A stretch of DNA of 64,000 bases from an uncultured Candidatus Rokubacteria bacterium. GTDB taxonomy: Bacteria > Methylomirabilota > Methylomirabilia > Rokubacteriales > CSP1-6. A model generated the notes under the pieces. The model was given only the letters and a program-made list of their open reading frames with translations. It was not told where the DNA came from and did no database searches. The DNA lies in NCBI GenBank assembly GCA_963762145.1, contig CAVXJS010000021.1:224001-288000 (forward strand), read 5' to 3'. Made by a program: the position numbers and the translations under genes. This document shows positions 50,591 through 59,620 of the stretch, piece by piece (within the stretch, counting starts at the first letter, position 1; the number at the start of each line of letters is the position of its first letter).

Positions 50591-51315
50591 CGCCCCCCGT
50601 CCTCGATATCCGGGGGGTGACCAAGCGCTTCGGCGGGCTCGTGGCCAACCGCGAGATCTCGTTCCAGGTCGGTCCGGGCGAGCTGGTCGGCGTGATCGGA
50701 CCGAACGGCGCCGGCAAGTCCACGCTGTTCGATCTGCTCACCGGCTTCCAGACTCCCGACGCCGGTCACATCCGGCTCGACGGGATCGACATCGCGGGGC
50801 TGCGCCCGGACGAGATCAGCCGCCGCGGGGTCGGCCGCACGTTCCAGAAGCTCAAGCCGTTCGGCGGCATGACCGTGCTGGAGAACGTGATGGTCGGCGC
50901 GTTCCAGAAGACGGCGGACCCACGGCGCGCCCGCGCGGAAGCCGAGCGGACGCTCGCGAGCGTGGGGCTCGCCGACCGCGCGGGCGCGCACGCGCGGGTG
51001 CTCTCGACCGGGCAGCGCAAGCGGCTCGAGATGGCGCGCGCCCTCGCGACGCGCCCGCGGCTCCTGCTGCTCGACGAGATCACCGGCGGAGTGGACCAGC
51101 GCAGCATCCCCGCGCTCGTCGAGCTGGTGCGCCAGCTCCACGCCGGCGGCACCGCGCTCATCGTCATCGAGCACAACATGCGCGTGATCATGGGGATCTC
51201 CCAGCGGGTGGTCGCGCTCCACCTGGGCGAGGTCATCGCGGTCGGCTCCCCCGCCGCGGTGACGAGCGACGCGCGGGTGATCGAGGCGTACCTGGGGCGT
51301 GCCTATGGCGGCTGA
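50587..51315 (+). CDS. livG: ABC ATP-binding protein (LivG-type)
   Basis: KRFGGL, GPNGAGKS, RTFQ, LLLDE, IEHNM, VIEAYLG. Confidence 0.88.
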   Translation: MTPPVLDIRGVTKRFGGLVANREISFQVGPGELVGVIGPNGAGKSTLFDLLTGFQTPDAGHIRLDGIDIAGLRPDEISRRGVGRTFQKLKPFGGMTVLENVMVGAFQKTADPRRARAEAERTLASVGLADRAGAHARVLSTGQRKRLEMARALATRPRLLLLDEITGGVDQRSIPALVELVRQLHAGGTALIVIEHNMRVIMGISQRVVALHLGEVIAVGSPAAVTSDARVIEAYLGRAYGG

Positions 51316-52039
51316 GCCGCGCCGCGATGCCCTGCTGGAGGCCGACGCCGTCGACGTGCTGTACGGCGACTACCAGGTCCTCTGGGGCGCGCGCCTCCGC
51401 GTGGAGCCGGGGGAGGTGGTGGCGTTGCTCGGGCCGAACGGCGCCGGCAAGTCGACGCTCATGAACACGCTGTCGGGGCTCGTGCGGGCGCAGCGCGGCG
51501 CCGTCACGTTCCGCGGCCAGCGGATCGAGCGGCTGCCGGCCCATCGGATCGTGGACCTGGGGATGGCGCATGTCCTCGAGCGCCGACGGCTGTTTCCGTA
51601 CCTGACGGTCGGCCAGAACGTCCTCCTGGGCGCCTACCCACCCGCGGCGCGGGCTCGGCGGGCTGCCACGCTGCGCGAGGTCGAGGCCCTCTTCCCCCTG
51701 CTCCGGGCCCGCTGGGGACAGCCCGCCCATACCCTTTCGGGGGGCGAGCAGCAGATGGTCGCGATCGCGCGCGGCCTCATGGCTTGCCCGACCCTCCTGA
51801 TGATCGATGAGCCGTTCCTGGGGCTCGCCCCCCAGGTCGTCGCGCAGATCTCCCAGGTGATCACCCGGCTCAACCGGGAGCGCGGGCTGACCATCGTGTT
51901 CATCGAGCAGAACGTGGAGATGGCCCTGGGCCTGGCCCATCGCGGGTACGTGCTCGAATCCGGCCGGAACGTCCTCGACGGGCCCTCGGCGGCCCTGCTC
52001 CAGTCGGCCGAGGTAAAGCGTATCTTCCTCGGGACTTAG
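51305..52039 (+). CDS. livF: ABC ATP-binding protein (LivF-type)
   Basis: GPNGAGKS, LSGGEQQM, DEPFLGLAP, IEQN, GYVLESG. Confidence 0.88.
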   Translation: MAAEPRRDALLEADAVDVLYGDYQVLWGARLRVEPGEVVALLGPNGAGKSTLMNTLSGLVRAQRGAVTFRGQRIERLPAHRIVDLGMAHVLERRRLFPYLTVGQNVLLGAYPPAARARRAATLREVEALFPLLRARWGQPAHTLSGGEQQMVAIARGLMACPTLLMIDEPFLGLAPQVVAQISQVITRLNRERGLTIVFIEQNVEMALGLAHRGYVLESGRNVLDGPSAALLQSAEVKRIFLGT

Positions 52040-52139
52040 ACCGGCCCCGAGTTTGGATGCCCCTCCGAGCTCGCATGCTATGATGAACGGCAGTGATTGA
52101 TCTCCTGGCTGGGCAGCCCTTGACGAGGGGGGTCGGCGA

Positions 52140-52922
52140 GTGGGCCTAGCGACGTTCCTTGAGCGCACGTGGAGCGGCATCGCCGGGCTCGTCAAGCCAC
52201 GCTCGGCCTCCTCTCTCTTTCGGCTGGCCGACCAGTATCGCCACGAAGGGCGTTACGAGGACGCGGCCGAGCTGATCACCGAGGGGCTGCGCGTCTCGCC
52301 TAACATCGCGGTCGGTCACCTGCTGGACGCCTACCTTCACGTGGTGTTCCGCGAGATGCCCGCGGCCAAGGCTTCATTCCGGCGCGTCCTCGGGCTCGAT
52401 CCCTACCACCCGCGTGCCCTGTTTGGGCTCGCGCGCATCGCGCTGGAAGAGGGCGACATCGAGGGATGCCGGCCCTTCCTCGACCGGGCGATCCAGTACT
52501 TCCCGGATTTCCCGGAAGCAAAGGCGCTGCAGGAGATGGTGGCCACCTGGACCGCCCCCGCCCCGGGAGCCTCGACGGCGATCGGGGCGATCTCCACCGA
52601 GCGGCTTCGGCTGCCTCCGGGCGCCCAGGACCTCGTGCTGACGCGCGCGGACGGCAAACTCGTGTTCGCGCAGGGGAGCGAGGAGCGGCAGAAGCACCTC
52701 GGGCTGCACATGACGCAGGTCTACCGGATCGCGTCCGCCACGCTGGCCCGGGCCGGGCTCGGCGCGATGCGACGGGGCGTCATCGAGGGCGCTGAGGAGA
52801 CGACCTTTCTCCGCAGCGACGGCGGCGTGATCCTGGGTGTCGCGCTCGCGCGTGAGGTCGAGGTGGGAGCGGGACTGGTGCAGGTCGGACGCTTGTGGAC
52901 GGATCTCAACATCAAGGCCTGA
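52140..52922 (+). CDS. TPR protein with C-terminal Roadblock-like domain
   Basis: N-terminal TPR helices (GRYEDA, FRRVLGLDP..PRALFGLA); C-terminus LVLTRADGKLV...AGLGAMRRGVIEG...VILGV...GAGL. Confidence 0.7.
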   Translation: MGLATFLERTWSGIAGLVKPRSASSLFRLADQYRHEGRYEDAAELITEGLRVSPNIAVGHLLDAYLHVVFREMPAAKASFRRVLGLDPYHPRALFGLARIALEEGDIEGCRPFLDRAIQYFPDFPEAKALQEMVATWTAPAPGASTAIGAISTERLRLPPGAQDLVLTRADGKLVFAQGSEERQKHLGLHMTQVYRIASATLARAGLGAMRRGVIEGAEETTFLRSDGGVILGVALAREVEVGAGLVQVGRLWTDLNIKA

Positions 52923-52926
52923 GCCG

Positions 52927-53361
52927 ATGGCCGACCCGCAGACCACCGCCGATTCGACGCCTCCGGGCGGCACGCCGGCCCCGCGCCCATCGCGGGCGCA
53001 GGCCTTCCGCGAGACTCTGTCCGAGCTGACCCGGCTCGATGGCGTGCGCGGGGGGCTCATCGTGACGCCGGATGGCCTCGTCATCACGTCGGAGCTGCCC
53101 CCCCGCTTCCCGGTGGAGGCGCTCGCCGCGCTCGCGGCCACCCTCGGGCGTGAGCTGGAGCTGGGAGCGAGCCGGCTGGAGCGGGGCGCCTTCCGCACCG
53201 CGCTCTTCTCGGCGGACGACGGGACCGTCTTCGTGGGGGGCAGCCCGGTCGGCTACGTGACCCTCGTCGCGGACCGCAACGTGAACAACGAGGGGGTTCG
53301 CACCGCACTCGGCCGCGCAGTGGATCGCCTGCGCGGCACCTGGCGCACCCCGTCCCCTTAG
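52927..53361 (+). CDS. Roadblock/LC7 domain protein (MglB/MglC-like)
   Basis: L.EL....GVRGGLIVTPDGLVI, EALAALAA, beta-strand C-terminal half; ATG 52927. Confidence 0.85.
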   Translation: MADPQTTADSTPPGGTPAPRPSRAQAFRETLSELTRLDGVRGGLIVTPDGLVITSELPPRFPVEALAALAATLGRELELGASRLERGAFRTALFSADDGTVFVGGSPVGYVTLVADRNVNNEGVRTALGRAVDRLRGTWRTPSP

Positions 53362-53375
53362 GGGAGCGCGTCCGA

Positions 53376-53460
53376 GTCACCTCGTTCGAGCGCCGGCTTC
53401 GCCGGCGCAACTCGTTCTGGGGGAGGCTCGGAGGGGGCCGCCGAGGCCCCCTTCGATGAC
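53376..53460. repeat. Double-hairpin REP-like element between convergent genes
   Basis: GCGCCGGC-TTC-GCCGGCGC (53390-53408) and TCGGAGGGGGCC-GCCGA-GGCCCCCTTCGA (53428-53456); CTCGTTC repeated at 53381 and 53411. Confidence 0.65.
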
Positions 53461-55527
53461 TTATCCCATCGTCACTCGAATCACTTCCTCCACCGTCGTC
53501 ACGCCATCCACCACCTTCTGCAGCGCGTTCTGTCGCAGCGTCTTCATGCCCTGCGAGCAGGCGGTCTCGCGGATCTCGGCGGTGGTCGCGTTGCGCAGCA
53601 TGAGATCCCGGAGCTCGGAGGTGATCGGCATCACCTCGTAGATGGCCACCCGGCCCTTCATGCCCGTGAAGTTGCACGTCTGGCAGCCCTTGCCCTTGTA
53701 GAAATTGACGTTGCCGAGCCCCTGGGACACGTGCCCGTAGGGGACCAGGCTCTCCTCGTTCGCCTCGTAGGGCTCCTTGCAGTCCTTGCAGATCTTCCGT
53801 CCGAGCCGCTGGGCCAGGATCAGCTGGAGCGAGGACGAGACGAGGAAGGGCGGGATACCCATGTCGAGGAGCCGCGCGGGAGTGGACGGGCAGTCGTTGG
53901 TGTGCAGCGTGGAGAGCACGAGGTGGCCGGTGAGGGCGGCGCGGATACCGATCTGGGCCGTCTCCAGGTCTCGGGTCTCGCCGACCAGGATCACGTCCGG
54001 GTCCTGCCGCAGGAAGCTCCGCAGGCACGCCGCGAAGGTGCGGCCGATCTCGTCGTTGACCTGCACCTGGTTGACGCCCTTCAGGTTGTACTCGACCGGG
54101 TCCTCGGCGGTCATGATGTTGATGTCCGGCGAGTTGATGGTGTGGATCGCCGAGTACAGCGTGGTGGTCTTGCCGGAGCCGGTCGGGCCGGTGATCAGGA
54201 TCATGCCGTAGGGGCTGTGGATCGCCTTGCTGAACTGCTCGAGGCTCCACGGGTCGAAGCCGAGAGCCCCCATGTCGAGCTGGAGCGCTTCCTTGTCCAG
54301 GATACGCATGACGGTCTTCTCGCCGAAGATCGTCGGCAGCGTCGAGACCCGGAAGTCGATCTCCCGCTGGTGGTAGCGCAGCTTGATGCGGCCGTCCTGG
54401 GGGAGCCGGCGCTCCGCGATGTCCATCGTGGCCATGATCTTCACGCGCGAGGTCAGGGCCGCCTCGAGGCGCTTGGGCGGCGTCATGATCTCGTGTAGCA
54501 CACCGTCGATGCGGAACCGGACCCGGAAGACCTTCTCGTACGGCTCGAGGTGGATGTCGGAGGCGCCCCGCCGGATGGCGTCGGTCAGGATCATGTTGAT
54601 GAGCCGGACCACCGGCGCCTCGTCGGCCGACTCCTTGAGGTCGAAGACGTCGGCCTTGCTGAAGGCGGCCTCGCCGTCCTCGACGACCTCGACGTCGGTG
54701 TCGGCCTCCTCCAGCTCGCTCATCATGTCGTTGACGCTGGCGCCCGTCTCGTAGAGACGCTCGAAGGCCTTGCGGATCGCCGCCTCGGAGGCGACCACCG
54801 GCTGGATCTGCAGGCCGGTCATGAACCCGACGTCGTCGAGCGCGAAGACGTTGGTGGGATCCGCCATCGCGAGGGTGAGGACGTTCCCGATCCGCTTGAT
54901 CGGGAGCACGCTGTGCTTCTTGGCGATCTGCTCGGGCACGAGCTTGAGCACGTCCGGATCCGGATCCACCTGCGCCACCGTGATCGCGGGCATGGCGTAC
55001 TGCTTCGACAGGAACGAGACGAGGCTGTCCTCGGTGATGAACTGCAGGCGCACCAGGATCGTCCCGAGCTTGTCGGCGCTGCCCTTCTGCTCGGCGAGCG
55101 CGCGCTGGAGCTGCTCCGGGCTGATGAGCTTCTCGGCCACTAGCCGGTCCCCGAGACGCGACAGGCTGCCCTGGCGACGCTCGATCGAGGAGACCCCGCC
55201 CCGCTTGCCCGCCAACGGGGTCGGCGCGACCTCGATGGACGCGGCGAGCGCCTCCATCTCCTCGGTCGCCGGCACCCGACCGGCCGCGGGCTCCGGGGTC
55301 GGCGCCACGCTCGCGGACGGCCGTCCTCCCACCGTACCGGCAAGGCGCGCCACGACCCGGGCCAGGCTCTCCCGATCACCCAGCTTGGTGTAGATCTCCT
55401 TCAGGGTCTCGAGCGCCCCGGTGTCCGACGGGTTGGCCTCCACGATCATCTCGCAGAGTCGGGCCGACTCGGCCAGGGATCGCTTCTCTTCCGAGGACAG
55501 CGAGATCTTGTTGTCGGTCTGCGCCAT
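53461..55527 (-). CDS. pilB: Type IV pilus assembly ATPase with MshEN domain and extra N-terminal module
   Basis: RLGDRLV...LQRALAEQ (MshEN-like), ASDIHLEP, ERRLPQDGR, GPTGSGKTT, EDPVE, LRQDPD, TGHLVLSTLH, CKDC/CQTC Zn site. Confidence 0.93.
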   Translation of the reverse strand: MAQTDNKISLSSEEKRSLAESARLCEMIVEANPSDTGALETLKEIYTKLGDRESLARVVARLAGTVGGRPSASVAPTPEPAAGRVPATEEMEALAASIEVAPTPLAGKRGGVSSIERRQGSLSRLGDRLVAEKLISPEQLQRALAEQKGSADKLGTILVRLQFITEDSLVSFLSKQYAMPAITVAQVDPDPDVLKLVPEQIAKKHSVLPIKRIGNVLTLAMADPTNVFALDDVGFMTGLQIQPVVASEAAIRKAFERLYETGASVNDMMSELEEADTDVEVVEDGEAAFSKADVFDLKESADEAPVVRLINMILTDAIRRGASDIHLEPYEKVFRVRFRIDGVLHEIMTPPKRLEAALTSRVKIMATMDIAERRLPQDGRIKLRYHQREIDFRVSTLPTIFGEKTVMRILDKEALQLDMGALGFDPWSLEQFSKAIHSPYGMILITGPTGSGKTTTLYSAIHTINSPDINIMTAEDPVEYNLKGVNQVQVNDEIGRTFAACLRSFLRQDPDVILVGETRDLETAQIGIRAALTGHLVLSTLHTNDCPSTPARLLDMGIPPFLVSSSLQLILAQRLGRKICKDCKEPYEANEESLVPYGHVSQGLGNVNFYKGKGCQTCNFTGMKGRVAIYEVMPITSELRDLMLRNATTAEIRETACSQGMKTLRQNALQKVVDGVTTVEEVIRVTMG

Positions 55528-55546
55528 GGTCGTCGATGTCCGTCAG

Positions 55547-56035
55547 CTAGACCGGACGCTCCCGCAGCGAGGACTGCACCTCGTCCTTGTGGAGCGGCGT
55601 CGACAGCACGCCGGTGCGCTGCGGCCGCGTCCGGGTCTCGGCCAGGATGGCCCCGATCGCGGTGCCCGCCTCCTTGGCGAAGAGACGGACCATGCCCACG
55701 GTGGTCCGGCTGTCGAAGATGGCGAGCAGGATCGCGTGCTCGTCCACCGCGGCGACGTGGATGCTCTCCTTGACGCCCTGATGAAACAGCATCGTGAACT
55801 CGGTCTCGCCGAGCAGCCGCGCCATCGCGGCGGTCGAGCTGAACGCGCCCGCGGCGAGCGCGGAGAGCGACACGGTGTCGAGCGACCGTGAAGCGCCTCC
55901 GCGAGCCAGGAGCTGTCCGCTCCGATCGATCAGGAGCGATTCCATCGCTCCCGATTCGCCCAGGAAGTGCAGGAGAACGCCGTTGATCCGCTGCGCGTCA
56001 TCCTCGTGGATGGCCAGGTTGTCATTTAGACTCAT
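55547..56035 (-). CDS. mglB: Roadblock protein, MglA GAP
   Basis: LLIDRSGQL, DTVSLSALAAG.F......LLGETEF..LFHQG, FD..TTVGMVRL; adjacent to mglA. Confidence 0.9.
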   Translation of the reverse strand: MSLNDNLAIHEDDAQRINGVLLHFLGESGAMESLLIDRSGQLLARGGASRSLDTVSLSALAAGAFSSTAAMARLLGETEFTMLFHQGVKESIHVAAVDEHAILLAIFDSRTTVGMVRLFAKEAGTAIGAILAETRTRPQRTGVLSTPLHKDEVQSSLRERPV

Positions 56036-56639
56036 TGAGCGCCCCCTGTTCTTGTCCGAACCCGGCGACGAGAACCATGCGAGAGACGGTGTTGAGCGTA
56101 TCGAACACGCCCTTGCCCTCGACGGCGACCGATTCGAAGTACGGAACCCGCCGGCTCTTCCGGTTCAGCATGTATTCGAGGTACTCCACCGGAGCCACGT
56201 TGGGCAGGTCCCGCTTGTTGTACTGGATCACGTACGGGATCTCGTCAAGATTGTACCCGTATTCCTTGAGATTCTCTTCGAGGTTTCTGAAGCTCTCCAC
56301 GTTCTCGGGCAGGCGATCCCACTGCGAGTCCGCGACGAAGACGATGCCGTCGACGCCCCGCAGCACCAGCTTGCGCGTCATGTTGTAGTAAATCTGGCCC
56401 GGCACCGTGTAGAGCTGGAACTTGGCCACGAAGTTCCGCACCGTCACCGCGGAGACCGGCAGGAAGTCGAAGAAGAGCGTCCGATCGTCTCCCGTCGCGA
56501 GCGACACCATGTTGCCGCGGTTGACGTCCGGGAGGCCGCGGTAGATGTACTGGAGGTTGGCGGTCTTCCCGGCCACCCCGGTGCCGTAGTAGACGATCTT
56601 GAAGCTGATCTCTTTTTGCGCGTAGTTGATGATCGACAT
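56022..56639 (-). CDS. mglA: MglA small GTPase
   Basis: INYAQKEI.FKIVYYG..GKT, DRTLFFDFLP, LYTVPGQ, GVDGIVFVADSQ, QYNKRDLP, GVFDTL. Confidence 0.94.
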   Translation of the reverse strand: MSIINYAQKEISFKIVYYGTGVAGKTANLQYIYRGLPDVNRGNMVSLATGDDRTLFFDFLPVSAVTVRNFVAKFQLYTVPGQIYYNMTRKLVLRGVDGIVFVADSQWDRLPENVESFRNLEENLKEYGYNLDEIPYVIQYNKRDLPNVAPVEYLEYMLNRKSRRVPYFESVAVEGKGVFDTLNTVSRMVLVAGFGQEQGALNESK

Positions 56640-56648
56640 CGAGTCGCC

Positions 56649-59609
56649 TCAGGCCGACATCAGCGTCGCCGCTGCGCGCTCGACCTGGCGGTAGGCCAGG
56701 CCGGGCCGGGTGACGGATCCACCCGCGACGATGACGATCGACCGCCCGTGCCCGATCTCTTCGGGCTGGATGACGAGGAGCGTGTCGCCGGATCGCAGGA
56801 TCGCGGTCCGGAACACGGCGCCTGACCCCGCCGCCTTGCGCATCACGGCGTGGAGGTCCTGCGCGAACGCTCCCACCGCAGGCACGTCGTCTCCCGCCGG
56901 CAGGAAGAAGTAGAGGACCGCTTCGCTTTCCGCGTCTCTCAGCACCGACGCGGTGACGTCACCGAACGCGGTCAGCCCTCCCGTGAGGACCGCCGCCCGA
57001 CTCGGCACCGCGGCCGTCGCCAGGCTGGAGCTGGCCGCCGGAACCACGTCCTGACCGGGGCCCGCGGTACGCGCGCCGCGGTCGGCTGCGGCGCGCCGGC
57101 AGAGGATCTCGAGCAGCGCGAGCGTGCCGCCGCGAGGCGCCGCGGCCGCGAGAACCGGTCCCCGGTCGGCCGGACCGCCGAGCGGCGTCAGCACGACGGC
57201 CGTCTCCGGCCCGCGCAGGGTGATCTGATCGACCGGCCAGGACGGACGGCGATCCGTGAACAGCGGCAGGGCGAGGCCCGCCACCGCGACCGCGGTTTCA
57301 TGGGCGACCGTCGGCGCGGCCATCGCAAAGACGGTGACGCCCTCGACCGCCTGGACGCTCACGTCGAAGGACGCGATCGGCGCCAGCAGCGCGACGATAC
57401 GTCGGGCCTCCGCCGCCTCCGCGGCCCCGGGAACGAGCGCGGCGGGAGTCGGGGCGGCCGGCGCCGGCTCGGCCCAGGCGGCGACGGCGGCCCGGGCGGG
57501 AGAAGGCTTGGGCCAGGCGAACGCGGGCGGGGCTGGCGGCACCGAGGGCGGTGCGACCACCGGGGTCGGAACGGTCACGTGCGGCTCCGGCTGCGCGAGC
57601 ACTGGCCGCGTCTCGAGATCGCGGGGGCGGTCCAGCTCGACCCTCGCGACGACCGGAAGCTCCTCCGGCCGCTCCTCGATCGGATCCGGCACCGGATCGA
57701 TGCGGGGCGCATCGGCCATGACGGGCTCAGGTTCCGGGAGCGACGCGATGGCGGGTTCTGGCTCCAGCACGGTCTCCCGCGGCGACTCCTCGGCAGCGAC
57801 CGGCTGCGGCTCGGGCTCGGGGGCGGCCGCCGCTTCAACCGACGCCTCGGGCGCCGGATCCGACACGAGCGGCTGAAAGGGCGCCGGGAAGGACTCGATG
57901 CCGCGGACGTCGACGGCCGGGCCGGCGGCGGCCAAGAACAGGTCCAGCGGGACCTGCCGGACGACCTCGTCGAGCGGGAGGCGCAGGCCGTTCGGCAGAC
58001 GCTCGGTCATCTCCGCGTCCGAGACGGCCATCGCCTCCTGGGGGAATTGCGGCGCGATCACGTCCCAGCCGATGCGAATCAAGCCCTCCGCGAGCTGAGG
58101 CAGCACGAGCGACTGCGGGATCAGCAGCGCCCCGGGCTGCCGCATCCGCTCGGCCACCTCGTCGAGCGGAACGCGGAACGCTTCCACGGGAAGCTCGGCC
58201 GCCACGCGACTCCACGAGATACGCACGATGGGCTCGTCGGTGCCAGGCGCGGCGGCGGCCGAGAGCTCGAGCGCGGCCGGCTCGGGCTTCCTCACCGGCT
58301 CCGGCGTGACCGTCATCGCCGGCTCGATCGGCCGGGGCGCGGCGAGGGGCCGGATCGCCACGGGCTCGGCCGGCTCCGCCGGCTGTGACGCCGACGGCAC
58401 CGCGAGCGGGATCGGAGCGGGGGCGCGCGGCGCCTCCGGCGGCGGCGTCGGCCTGACCGCCGGGGCCGGTGCGATCTCGGGCTCCGGCTGCCTCACTGCC
58501 GCAGCCTCGGTCGGTGCCTGGGACTCGTCCATCGGGTGGAACGGCACCGGGATCCGGTGGAGCCCGTGGATCTCGACCTCGGGGGTATCCGCGACGAACA
58601 GCTCCTGTGGCAGCTGGCGGATCACCTCGTCGATGGGGAGCCTCAAGCCTTCGTCCAGGTGCTCGGCGATCTCGGCCTTGCTCAATCCCACCAGGTGGGC
58701 CGGGAACTGATCGGCGATATCGCTCCACGCGACCCGTGCCATCCCCTCCGATAGCTGGGTGACCACGAGCTCGCCGGAGATCCGGAGGAACCCGGGCTCG
58801 GCGAGGCTTGCCGCCACCTCGTCCTCCGGCGCGAGAAAAGTGCCGGGAGGGAGCTGGTCCATGACGCGGTCGAGCGCGATGCGCAGCACGACTTCCGATC
58901 GGCCGGGCACGCGGGCCGGCTCGGCGTCGCGCCGGCGCTTTGCCGCCGCGGCGCGGCGCCGACGGGGCTCCTCGTCCGGTGCCGGAACGGGCGCAGGCGG
59001 TGGGGGCGGCGCCACCGGGGGGACAGGAGCTGACATCACGCCGGGCTCGGGAGCCGGCTCGGCTCGCGAGAGCAGCGCGTCGCTCAGGGAGCCGCTCCCC
59101 TCGAGCGCAGGCGCGCTCGGCACGCGAGTGGGTGTGGCAGACCGGGCCCGACTCACCGACGAGCGCGCGGTCGAGGCACCCCGCTCGCGGGGAAGACGGG
59201 CGGGCGCGTGCAGCAGGTCACGGAGCGGCACCAGGAGCAGCATCACGCCGAGGAGCTCCGGCAAGGGCGGCGGCAGCATCCAGGGCAGGGCGCGGCCCGC
59301 GAGCGCCGGATCGAGCAACGCGCTGAGCGGCTCTCGGGACATGCTCAGCAAGACGTGGAGTCCGCTCAGGAGCGCGGTGCCCACGAGCCATCGCACGATG
59401 GATGGACGGCGAACCCAGAGCCAGACCAGCAAGCCGTACACCACCGGCGGAATGCTCGCGACCGCCCACTTCGGCAACGGCACCTCGAACTGGAGAGGGA
59501 CGAGGGTCAGGAGGTAGATGACGCCGACATACGCGGCGAGGCCCAGCACCGCCATGAGCCAGGACGAGAGCCGCTGGGCGCTGGACACGAAATGATGGGA
59601 CGTTCTCAT
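56649..59609 (-). CDS. Large membrane-anchored Pro/Ala-rich protein with a duplicated ~120-aa domain and C-terminal Roadblock-like regions
   Basis: About 4 N-terminal TM segments, two homologous internal domains, low-complexity linkers; within the Che-mgl operon (alternative GTG at 59624). Confidence 0.75.
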   Translation of the reverse strand: MRTSHHFVSSAQRLSSWLMAVLGLAAYVGVIYLLTLVPLQFEVPLPKWAVASIPPVVYGLLVWLWVRRPSIVRWLVGTALLSGLHVLLSMSREPLSALLDPALAGRALPWMLPPPLPELLGVMLLLVPLRDLLHAPARLPRERGASTARSSVSRARSATPTRVPSAPALEGSGSLSDALLSRAEPAPEPGVMSAPVPPVAPPPPPAPVPAPDEEPRRRRAAAAKRRRDAEPARVPGRSEVVLRIALDRVMDQLPPGTFLAPEDEVAASLAEPGFLRISGELVVTQLSEGMARVAWSDIADQFPAHLVGLSKAEIAEHLDEGLRLPIDEVIRQLPQELFVADTPEVEIHGLHRIPVPFHPMDESQAPTEAAAVRQPEPEIAPAPAVRPTPPPEAPRAPAPIPLAVPSASQPAEPAEPVAIRPLAAPRPIEPAMTVTPEPVRKPEPAALELSAAAAPGTDEPIVRISWSRVAAELPVEAFRVPLDEVAERMRQPGALLIPQSLVLPQLAEGLIRIGWDVIAPQFPQEAMAVSDAEMTERLPNGLRLPLDEVVRQVPLDLFLAAAGPAVDVRGIESFPAPFQPLVSDPAPEASVEAAAAPEPEPQPVAAEESPRETVLEPEPAIASLPEPEPVMADAPRIDPVPDPIEERPEELPVVARVELDRPRDLETRPVLAQPEPHVTVPTPVVAPPSVPPAPPAFAWPKPSPARAAVAAWAEPAPAAPTPAALVPGAAEAAEARRIVALLAPIASFDVSVQAVEGVTVFAMAAPTVAHETAVAVAGLALPLFTDRRPSWPVDQITLRGPETAVVLTPLGGPADRGPVLAAAAPRGGTLALLEILCRRAAADRGARTAGPGQDVVPAASSSLATAAVPSRAAVLTGGLTAFGDVTASVLRDAESEAVLYFFLPAGDDVPAVGAFAQDLHAVMRKAAGSGAVFRTAILRSGDTLLVIQPEEIGHGRSIVIVAGGSVTRPGLAYRQVERAAATLMSA

Positions 59610-59620
59610 GGAGGAAGGCC

